DNA of 64,000 bases. Source: Candidatus Latescibacterota bacterium (lineage in GTDB: Bacteria; Latescibacterota; UBA2968; UBA8231). The position numbers and the translations under genes were made by a program. The notes under the pieces were generated by a model. It had not been told where the DNA came from, did not search any database, and was given only the letters and a program-made list of their open reading frames with translations. Positions within the stretch are counted from its first letter, which is position 1. Every line of letters starts with the position of its first letter. The DNA is taken from contig CBDCSU010000006.1 in the NCBI GenBank assembly GCA_965221775.1, forward strand, positions 32,001-96,000, in the 5' to 3' direction. This document shows, piece after piece, positions 8,212 to 15,868 of the stretch.

Positions 8212-10431
8212 TTGGCCACCGATGTCTCCCGGAAGTCTGTCCGTTGGGCTCTCCTCGCCGGCGCCCTGGCCCTGGCCGTACGCCTCGGCTACCTCTTCGA
8301 GATCGACGAGACGCCGCTCTTCCACGCCCCCGTCGCCGACGCGGCCGCCTGCCTCGACGACGCCCGCTACCTGACGGAGGTCTCCTGGGCCGGCAGGCCC
8401 GAGCCCTTCCGCCAACCCCCGCTCTATCCGTATCTGCTCGCGGCCCTGTGCCCCGTGAGCGAGTCCCCGTGGCTGCCGCGCCTGCTGCAGGCGGCCCTTG
8501 GCGCTGCCTCGTGCGGGCTCCTCGTGGTGGTGGGCAGCCGTCTCCTCCCCGCCCCGGTGGCCGTGGCCGCCGGCCTGGCCGCGGCCCTCTACGGGCCCTT
8601 CGTCTACTTCGCGGGGGAGCTGCTGCCCGTCACGCTGGCGGCCTTCCTCGGTCTCCTCCTGCTGTGGACTCTGCTGCGCACGCCGGCCGCCCCCACCTGG
8701 AGGTGGGCCCTCCCCGGCCTGGTGCTGGGGCTCTCGGCCCTGACGGCGGCGGGCATCCTCCTGCTGGCCCCCTTCGTGCTCTGGTGGTTGTGGCGTCTGC
8801 CGCCGGAGAGGGAGGTGCGCGGACGGCGCTGGCAGCGGGGGTTGTGGTTCGCTGCCGGGTGCGCGCTGATAATGGCGCCGGTGACGGTGCGCAACCTGCT
8901 CCTGGGCGGCGACTTCGATCACGACCGCACCGTGGCCTTGGATACGCCCCGGCGGGAGGCGGCTATCGAGCCGCCCTCGGCGCGCTCCCGGTACTTCCAG
9001 GAGCGGTCCTGGGAGTTCGTCCGGGGCGAACCGTGGACCTGGGCCGGCCTCATGGCGCGCAAGGCGTACCTGTTCTGGCGGGGGGAGGAGATCCCCCGCA
9101 ACCTCGACCCCTACTTCGCCCGGGCCGATTCCCGGATCCTCGCGGTGCTCCTATGGGACTGGGGCCTGGCCTTCCCCTTCGGCCTGGTGGCGCCTCTGGC
9201 CCTCGCCGGGCTGGTGTTCTTCGTCCGCCGGCGGACAGGCGATGCCTCGGGCGCAGCTGCCGGGCGCACGCGGGAAGGGATCCTCGTCGTCGGTTTCGTC
9301 ACCGTGTACGCGGCGGCGGTCGTCCTGTCCCACGTCACCTCCCGCGATCGCCTGCCCGTGGTGCCACCCCTGTTGCTGATGGCCTGCTACGGCGCCTTCG
9401 TCCTGACACGGCGGCCGCTGCGCCGGGGGGCCCTCGCCGCAACCGCCCTCGCGGGGGTGGCCCTCAACGCCGGAACGACGCCCCTGGCGGTGGCCAGTCC
9501 CGCCCGCGAGCACTACTGGCGGGGCCAGGCCCTGGAGGCGCTGGAGAGGCCTGTCGGGGCCGCCCGGGAGTACCGCGCCGCCCTGCGCCTCGACCCCGCG
9601 CTGCCGGAGGCGCTGGCGCGCCTGGCCACCCTGGAGGTGGAGCGCGGCGATTCGCGCGCCGCCGTCGACCTCTACCGCCGCCGCCTGGCCATCGCTCCCG
9701 ACTCGGTGCCCCTCCGCCGGGACCTGGCCGACGCATTGCTCTCGGGCGGCCGTGCCGTCGAGGCGGTGGCCGAGTACGAGAGACTGGTGGAGATGCTCCC
9801 GGAGCGGGCGGACCTTCACGGCAGCCTGGCCTACGCCAGGCTCATGGCCGGGCGCCCCGGCACCGCCGCCCGGGCCTACCGCCGCGTCCTCGAGCTCAGA
9901 CCCGACTCCCTGCTCGTGCGCTACCAGCTCGCCCGGCTGCACCAGGCTCATGACCGCCCCGACTCGGCCGCCGCCCACTACCGGGTTCTGCTGCGGGCGG
10001 AGGGCCACCGGGCCCGGGCCCATCTGGGGCTCGGAGAGGCGCTCGTGGAGTTGGCTGCGGAGGGCCGCACCGGGGTGAGCCTGGAGGAGACGCCCCGGAC
10101 GCTGCGGGCGGAGCATCACCTGCGCAGGGCCGTTCAGCTCGACCCCGCGTCCCTCCACGCCCGCTGGAGCCTGGGCCTGTTGCTGGCCCGTCAGTCGCAC
10201 CGGTACGCCGACGCGGTGCCCCACTTCGAGCGCATCCTCGAGCTGGCTCCCGAGGACCACGCGGCCCACCTCTTCCTCGGGCACCTCTACCAGCGCACGG
10301 GCCGGACCGAGGCCGCCGCCACTCAGTTCGAGCGCTACTCGGCGGCCAAGCGGCGCCGGCGGATGCAGTCGGAGGCAGAGGCGCAGACGCGCGGCCTCGT
10401 GGAACAGCTCTTCGAGAAGGGTGGAGGGTGA
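8212..10431 (+). CDS. GT-C (ArnT/PMT-like, GT39/83) membrane protein fused to C-terminal TPR repeats
   Basis: About 10-12 hydrophobic segments, PFRQPPLYPYLLA motif near the N-terminus and SRxRLP motif, followed by several TPR repeats (AREYRAALRLDP, ARAYRRVLELRP, HFERILELAP). Confidence 0.75.
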   Translation: MATDVSRKSVRWALLAGALALAVRLGYLFEIDETPLFHAPVADAAACLDDARYLTEVSWAGRPEPFRQPPLYPYLLAALCPVSESPWLPRLLQAALGAASCGLLVVVGSRLLPAPVAVAAGLAAALYGPFVYFAGELLPVTLAAFLGLLLLWTLLRTPAAPTWRWALPGLVLGLSALTAAGILLLAPFVLWWLWRLPPEREVRGRRWQRGLWFAAGCALIMAPVTVRNLLLGGDFDHDRTVALDTPRREAAIEPPSARSRYFQERSWEFVRGEPWTWAGLMARKAYLFWRGEEIPRNLDPYFARADSRILAVLLWDWGLAFPFGLVAPLALAGLVFFVRRRTGDASGAAAGRTREGILVVGFVTVYAAAVVLSHVTSRDRLPVVPPLLLMACYGAFVLTRRPLRRGALAATALAGVALNAGTTPLAVASPAREHYWRGQALEALERPVGAAREYRAALRLDPALPEALARLATLEVERGDSRAAVDLYRRRLAIAPDSVPLRRDLADALLSGGRAVEAVAEYERLVEMLPERADLHGSLAYARLMAGRPGTAARAYRRVLELRPDSLLVRYQLARLHQAHDRPDSAAAHYRVLLRAEGHRARAHLGLGEALVELAAEGRTGVSLEETPRTLRAEHHLRRAVQLDPASLHARWSLGLLLARQSHRYADAVPHFERILELAPEDHAAHLFLGHLYQRTGRTEAAATQFERYSAAKRRRRMQSEAEAQTRGLVEQLFEKGGG

Positions 10432-10461
10432 GGACGGGCCCCGTGTGGCGGGACCCGTCCT
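10431..10461. terminator. hairpin between convergent genes (possible bidirectional terminator)
   Basis: AGGACGGG-C-CCCG/TGTGG/CGGG-A-CCCGTCCT inverted repeat spanning the gap between two convergent stop codons; no U-tract. Confidence 0.35.
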
Positions 10462-12547
10462 AGTAGACCACGGCGACGAGGCGGTGCACCTCGTCGTTCC
10501 GGTGGTCGCCGTCCACGGCGACCCTGAACAGGTAGAGACCGGGGGGGACGAGCTGTCCTGCGTCGTCGGTGCCGTCCCAGGCCTTGTCCTCGTAGCGCCC
10601 GTTGCTCTCCAACCCCTGGCTGACGACTCTCACCAGCCGGCCGCCCAGGTCATAGACCTTCAGCGCCACCTGGCGAGGCGCCTCCAGCGACAGCAGGCTG
10701 TAGCTCAGGGACATGGCGTCGTTGACGCCGTCGCCGTTGGGGCTGAAGGGATTGGGCCGCAGCTCCACCTGCCCGAGCAGCCGCCCGCCCAGCAGGGTCG
10801 GACTCAGGACCGTGGTGCCCGACAGGGCCGCTTCGTCCCCCGGGGCCAGCTGGCCCGTGTCGCCCCCCACCAGGGGCTGGATGGCCGGCTCACCCACCCC
10901 GTCCGCCGGCGACAGCTTGGCCGACCCGGTGAAATCGGTGCTGTAGGTGAGGACGTCGCTGCGGAAGTGGATGCGAACCTCGGTCCCGTCCCGAGAGATG
11001 GGGGGGAAGCCGATCTCGAAGCGGTCCTCCCTGACCTCCACGATGCGGAAGCCGCCCTCGTCGAGGGTGTCCGCAAGGCTGGAGAACGTCCGGCCGGATA
11101 CCGGCTGTCCCTCGCTGTCGAGGACCCGCACCTCGTCGATCGCCGCGACTCGCAGGGGCGTGCGGATCTCCAGGCGGTCGAATCCCAGCAGGTCCTCCGA
11201 CTCGAAGCGGGCCCGCACGGCGAGGGTGAAGGGCACCGCGCGGATCTCGTCCACCTCCCTCGGGAAGACCTCCGCCTTGAGCGAATCGGCCAGCGGCGAG
11301 CGGAGCACATCGAAGCTCAGGGACTCGATCGCCCTCGCCGCCTCCAGGTCGCTGCTCTCGAAGGCGATCTGGAACTGCATGTAGCGCCGCGGGCTCGGGG
11401 AGGTGATCAGGGCCCCCGGGGTGTTGGCCACCTCGGCGTCGAAGGGCGTGCTGAAGGGGCTCCAGTTGACCAGGTCGTCCTTGACGGGGCCGGCGTTCCA
11501 CTGCTGGCCCTGGGCGTCGAAGACGGGCAGCTTCTTGTACTCCTCCAGGCTCAACTCGAGCGAGGGGTCCTCCACCGACAGGGGGATCTCCTCCGGGTCG
11601 GCCTGCCCGTGGAGGGTCCGGGTGAAGACGAAGGGATCGGCGTCGGTGCCGGTGCGGGTGCGGATGCTCACCGCCGAGAACCGGGGGTCTCCCAGGACCT
11701 GCTCCGTCCAGCGGAGCTGGTGCCACACGGCCGGCTGTCCCGCGTCGAAGATGTCGGAGACGTAGGCGGCCGTGGCCAGGAACCCGGTGCCGAAGACCTC
11801 GAACTCGTCGATCTCGTAGGAGATCGTCGACTTGGAGCGCAGGCGGATGTGCTGAACGTACCGCGGCGGGTCGAGCCGCACATCGACGACGGGTTCCTTG
11901 TTCTCCTCCTCCGCCGCCACCGGCTCGCCCCAGATCGGCAGGCCCGCCTGGGTGAGGGCGAGGCCGTCGTTCGTGTACAGCTCGAAGGAGCGCAGGAAGT
12001 CGTTCTGGAACGGTGTCGCCGGCGCTATCTGCACCGTGTTGCGCGGATAGAAGCGGATCCTCTCGACTCCGAAGCGGCCCCCCAGGTTGAGGATGACCAG
12101 GATACCGAGGGAGTTGAGGTTCTTGCGCTCGAAGGCTTCCAGCTCCCCGCCCGGGGTGATCAGCTCCTCCAGGGCCTGCTTGAGGTCGAGGGGCTTGAAG
12201 GTGCCGCTGAAGTCGAAGACGTTGGGAGCGGTGATCTCACCGCCGCGCTCGAGGGTGCCGTGGGCCACGTTCTGGCCGGGCGCGATGCGCAGGGGAAGGA
12301 TGGCGCCGGGGTGGTCCTGGCTGTCGAAATCGAGGAGGGCTCCCGGGGCGTTGCCCTCGAGGAGGTTGTCCGACTCCAGCAGGGAGCGGTGCCGGGCGGG
12401 GATCGTGGCGACCACGGCGGAGCCCCCTCCGGCCCAGCCGAACTCGCCGCCGGCGCCGATGGTGACCGTCTCCGCAGCCGGCGCGGCCTCCGACAGGCCG
12501 ATGCCGGCCAGGACCGCCGCGGCGATGAGAGGAGATGTGCGATTCAT
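10460..12547 (-). CDS. secreted protein (~695 aa) with C-terminal FlgD Ig-like domain; paralogue of 2415..5465 and 12672..14825
   Basis: Start re-called at ATG 12547 (MNRTSPLIAAAVLAGIGLSEAAPAA). Motifs IRFYPR, IRTRTG, NWSPFS, SPSPRRYMQ, GFDRLEI, LRPNPFSPNGDGVND...WDGTDDAGQLVPPGLY...VAVVY. Confidence 0.8.
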   Translation of the reverse strand: MNRTSPLIAAAVLAGIGLSEAAPAAETVTIGAGGEFGWAGGGSAVVATIPARHRSLLESDNLLEGNAPGALLDFDSQDHPGAILPLRIAPGQNVAHGTLERGGEITAPNVFDFSGTFKPLDLKQALEELITPGGELEAFERKNLNSLGILVILNLGGRFGVERIRFYPRNTVQIAPATPFQNDFLRSFELYTNDGLALTQAGLPIWGEPVAAEEENKEPVVDVRLDPPRYVQHIRLRSKSTISYEIDEFEVFGTGFLATAAYVSDIFDAGQPAVWHQLRWTEQVLGDPRFSAVSIRTRTGTDADPFVFTRTLHGQADPEEIPLSVEDPSLELSLEEYKKLPVFDAQGQQWNAGPVKDDLVNWSPFSTPFDAEVANTPGALITSPSPRRYMQFQIAFESSDLEAARAIESLSFDVLRSPLADSLKAEVFPREVDEIRAVPFTLAVRARFESEDLLGFDRLEIRTPLRVAAIDEVRVLDSEGQPVSGRTFSSLADTLDEGGFRIVEVREDRFEIGFPPISRDGTEVRIHFRSDVLTYSTDFTGSAKLSPADGVGEPAIQPLVGGDTGQLAPGDEAALSGTTVLSPTLLGGRLLGQVELRPNPFSPNGDGVNDAMSLSYSLLSLEAPRQVALKVYDLGGRLVRVVSQGLESNGRYEDKAWDGTDDAGQLVPPGLYLFRVAVDGDHRNDEVHRLVAVVY

Positions 12548-12554
12548 GCCCGCT

Positions 12555-12583
12555 AGGAAAAACCGCCGCGGGAGGACTGTCAA
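12555..12583 (-). promoter_or_regulatory. putative sigma70 promoter giving a leaderless transcript
   Basis: Minus strand TTGACA (12583-12578), 17 nt spacer, TTTCCT (12560-12555), 7 nt, then ATG 12547. No Shine-Dalgarno. Confidence 0.45.
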
Positions 12584-12671
12584 TTGCCTTGTCCCCCCGG
12601 CATGGCCGCCGTACCGTTTTGCCCCGAAGCCGGTCCGGAGCCCGGCCTTGCCTGACGGAGAGACCTCGCCC

Positions 12672-14825
12672 ATGCGACACCTCCTCGACTGCTGCCTCAT
12701 CCTCGGCCTTTCCCTCCAGGCCGGCGCCGCCTTCGCCCGAACCGAGTACGTCCTCGGCGGCGCCGAGGGCAACCCCTGGCAGGCGGCCCTGTCCGAAGAC
12801 GCCGCCGGCGAGTTCGTCGTCTTCGACGAGGAGGGTGCGGCGGTGCGCCGCGTCGCCGTGCCCACAACCCCCTACGGCGAGGGGGGTGACCGCGTTGTCG
12901 AGTACGAGGCCTCTCCGGGCAGCATCCTCCCCCTGTACCTGCATCCCGAACAGAACCTGGCCCTCACCGATCCCGACTCCCCCGAGATCAGGATCCCCCT
13001 TCCCATCACCCGTGGACTCGCCTGGACGACGGACGGCTGCTCCGCCATCGACGATCAGATCCGGGCGGTGAAGAGACAGTTCGACGGCGATGTCACCACC
13101 GCCCATTTCCGCCGGTTCACCCCGGGGACCAGCATCTTCGCGGGCGGCGGCCGCATCGTCGCCGGGGTCACCGGCGAGGGTTGGAAGAACGCCGTGGTCC
13201 TGAACTTCGGCGCCGCCGTCCCCGTCAACCGGATCCGGTTCTTCCCGCGCCTGAGCCGCGTCGAGGACCGGCTGCTGATCGAGGAGCTGCAGGAGCCGAG
13301 CCCCCCCCTCGAGGAGTTCGGCGAGAGCAGCTTCGCCGCCAACTTCGTCGAGGGCTACGAGATTCGGGTGGCCGACGACAGCCAGCGCTTCGCCAACAGC
13401 CCCTGCGACGCCGTCGGCTTCTCCCGCGGCCTGCGCTGGATCCGGACCGGCGACGCCAGTCTCGAGGTCCTGGAATCCAGGCCCGAGAACCTCGAGCGTG
13501 TCGTCGACCTGACCTTCCCCACCCGGTCGGTGCGCTACATGACCTTCAAGACCTTCCCCCTGCGCAACTGGGAGGTGGCGGAGTTCCAGGTCTTCGGCGA
13601 GGGCTACGTGGAGCACACCTCCTTCCGGACGCAGATACTCGACTTCGGCCAGGACTCGGGGAGCGCCGTCAACTGGGGCAAGATCCGCTGGAGCGGCGAG
13701 GCCCCCGAGGGCACGCGCGTCGAGATCCGCACGCGCACGGGGCACACACCGGACCCCAACTTCTACGTCGCCGAGAGCGTCAACGGCGACATCCGCAGGA
13801 TTACCACCGAGGAGTACTTCGCCATCGACGCCACGGGGCGTCTCGACCCCCGGCCCGACGTGGACAACTGGAGCTTCTGGTCGCCGCCGTACACCTTCGA
13901 GGCGGGCCTGCGCGACTCCTCGGCCGCCGCCGAGAGCTGGGAGGACGGCACCTCACTGCTGTCCCCGGGGCCGAGCCGGTACCTGCAGATCGACATCCAG
14001 CTGTACAGCACCTTCACCCGGGCGGCGCGCCTGGACCAGTTGTGGCTCCAGTTCAGCGAGTCCCCCCTGGCGCGGGAGGTCCTGGGCGAGATCTGGCCCA
14101 CGGAGGTGACCTCCTTCGATCCCACCCCCTTCACCTACGTGGTGCGGCCCGACTTCGAAGCCTCGGACCTCGGCTTCAACCGCCTGGAGATCCTCACCCA
14201 CAGTCCCGTCGATCCCGATCGCCTCTCCCTCTCCGTCGACGGCGCGCCGGTCGACTTCGATCTCCATCCCCCCGACCTGCGGGAAGACCGGCTCATCCTG
14301 TCCTTCGACGAGCTCAAGGGACGCTCCGACCGCCTGAAGCCGATCGAGGCGACCTTCGAGGTTCCGGTCCTGCGCTATGGAGCCGAGTTCCGCGGCTGGG
14401 TCTTCCACAGCGACGACCCGGACCGCATCCGCCAGCAGGTTCGTCCCGGCAACGCGACCTTCCGGTTCGGCGGCAACGTGCTGGCCGTGGCCACGCCCCT
14501 GGAGGGCGGTCTCCTCGGCGATCTGACCGCTTCGAGCCGGGCCATCTCCCCCAACGGGGACGGCGTGAACGACGAGCTCCTGCTCACCTACGAGCTTCGC
14601 CAGTTGACCGTGCAGCGGCCCGTGCAGCTGCGCATCTACGATCTGGGGGGCCGCCTGGTCCGCGTCCTGGAGCCCCGCTCCGGGGCCAGCGGCCTCGGCA
14701 GCCAGAGCTGGAACGGAAGGGACGGCGCAGGTGAGTTGGTGGCGCCCGGAACCTACCTCTACGAAGTAGCCCTCAGCGCCGAGGAAACCGAACGCCGGGT
14801 CGGCGTGGTGTCCGTGGTGTACTGA
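12672..14825 (+). CDS. secreted protein (~717 aa) with C-terminal FlgD Ig-like domain; third paralogue
   Basis: ATG 12672 after GGAGAG; signal peptide ending AGAAFA. Motifs FDGDVTT, IRFFPR, IRTRTG, NWSFWSPPY, SPGPSRYLQ, GFNRLEI, ISPNGDGVND...WNGRDGAGELVAPGTY...VSVVY. Confidence 0.8.
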   Translation: MRHLLDCCLILGLSLQAGAAFARTEYVLGGAEGNPWQAALSEDAAGEFVVFDEEGAAVRRVAVPTTPYGEGGDRVVEYEASPGSILPLYLHPEQNLALTDPDSPEIRIPLPITRGLAWTTDGCSAIDDQIRAVKRQFDGDVTTAHFRRFTPGTSIFAGGGRIVAGVTGEGWKNAVVLNFGAAVPVNRIRFFPRLSRVEDRLLIEELQEPSPPLEEFGESSFAANFVEGYEIRVADDSQRFANSPCDAVGFSRGLRWIRTGDASLEVLESRPENLERVVDLTFPTRSVRYMTFKTFPLRNWEVAEFQVFGEGYVEHTSFRTQILDFGQDSGSAVNWGKIRWSGEAPEGTRVEIRTRTGHTPDPNFYVAESVNGDIRRITTEEYFAIDATGRLDPRPDVDNWSFWSPPYTFEAGLRDSSAAAESWEDGTSLLSPGPSRYLQIDIQLYSTFTRAARLDQLWLQFSESPLAREVLGEIWPTEVTSFDPTPFTYVVRPDFEASDLGFNRLEILTHSPVDPDRLSLSVDGAPVDFDLHPPDLREDRLILSFDELKGRSDRLKPIEATFEVPVLRYGAEFRGWVFHSDDPDRIRQQVRPGNATFRFGGNVLAVATPLEGGLLGDLTASSRAISPNGDGVNDELLLTYELRQLTVQRPVQLRIYDLGGRLVRVLEPRSGASGLGSQSWNGRDGAGELVAPGTYLYEVALSAEETERRVGVVSVVY

Positions 14826-14862
14826 AGGTGCGAAGGGGCGCTGGCAGGCCCGTCCAGAAATC

Positions 14863-14891
14863 TTGATTTTCTGCCGGCCCGTTGGTAAGTT
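14863..14891 (+). promoter_or_regulatory. putative sigma70 promoter with extended -10
   Basis: TTGATT, 17 nt spacer, TGgTAAGTT, in an AT-enriched intergenic gap. Confidence 0.5.
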
Positions 14892-14966
14892 GGTGCCCTG
14901 CATTGGAGTCTCCTATCCCCCCAAGAGCGGCCTGTGGCCGCATTTCGCAATCAGGAGGATCCCGCC

Positions 14967-15857
14967 ATGAAACGCTTTGTCCTGTGTGCGTCGCTGGTCG
15001 TCGCCGTATCCGCCGGTGCCCACAATCCGCCGGGAGAGCTGTTCTTCGCCGCTCAGTTCCCCGACAACCTCGTGCCCCAGATGGACGGCGATCTGTCCGA
15101 CTGGGACATCGTGCCCATCGATGGCCCATACTGGGTCGGCAACGACCGGCTCTACTCCCCCGTGGCCGACATCCAGCCGGTGGGCCGGGGCGAGATCGAC
15201 GCCAGCGATATCAACATCCGCAACATCATCGGCTGGAACGACAACCTCAACAAGCTCTACTTCGCCACCTCCGTGTTCGACAACGTCCACAACCTGGACC
15301 GCGAGAACCCCTCGGCCTTCTGGCAGGACGACGCCTGGGAGGTGGAGGTCAATCCCGACCACACGCCCACGGAGGAGCACAACCTCGAGGGCGAGCCAGC
15401 CAACAATTTCAGCTACAAGTGGGCCGTGCCCCCTGTGGAAGGCGCCTACCAGTTCTACCGTCCCAACCGGGCCATCCCCTGGTTCGTCGACGGTTCCCAG
15501 TGGATCGAGTTCGGCTGGGACTTCGACGGCGACCAGTTCGGCGAGAGCACCTACTACTACGAACTGGCCATCACCCCCATCCTGAGCATGCCCAGGGGTG
15601 ACGACGTCGACGAGAGCAGCGTCGTCGTCCACGACCTCTCGGAGGAAGAGGTCATCCACATCTCCGTGACCGTAGGCGACTTCGATGAGCCTTGCACCGA
15701 GTGCGCCCTGGAGAGCTACCAGGGCTTCTGGACGATGTCGCCCGAGAGCTGCTGCACCGCCACCAACGACGTCGTCATGGCCCAGGTGGAGCCCTCCATC
15801 GCCGCCCTGACCGCCGTCGAGGACATCAGCTGGGGCCAGATCAAGGCCGCCCACTGA
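14967..15857 (+). CDS. secreted acidic CBM9/DOMON-like protein with C-terminal TAVExxSWGxIK tail
   Basis: ATG 14967 after AGGAGG; signal peptide MKRFVLCASLVVAVSAGA. PQMDGDLSDW, IGWND...LYF and DDAWEVEV resemble CBM9/DOMON-like sugar-binding folds. Ends TAVEDISWGQIKAAH. Confidence 0.7.
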   Translation: MKRFVLCASLVVAVSAGAHNPPGELFFAAQFPDNLVPQMDGDLSDWDIVPIDGPYWVGNDRLYSPVADIQPVGRGEIDASDINIRNIIGWNDNLNKLYFATSVFDNVHNLDRENPSAFWQDDAWEVEVNPDHTPTEEHNLEGEPANNFSYKWAVPPVEGAYQFYRPNRAIPWFVDGSQWIEFGWDFDGDQFGESTYYYELAITPILSMPRGDDVDESSVVVHDLSEEEVIHISVTVGDFDEPCTECALESYQGFWTMSPESCCTATNDVVMAQVEPSIAALTAVEDISWGQIKAAH

Positions 15858-15868
15858 ACAAGCACCGC

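Noticed and set aside
5392-9953. Very long alternative ORFs (5392..8922 minus, 1176 aa; 5691..9953 plus, 1420 aa) and many similar ones across the window
   Set aside because: Shadow ORFs of high-GC3 genes: antisense frames rich in V/D/E/G/A or off-frames rich in R/P/G, with no motifs, fully overlapping well-supported genes.
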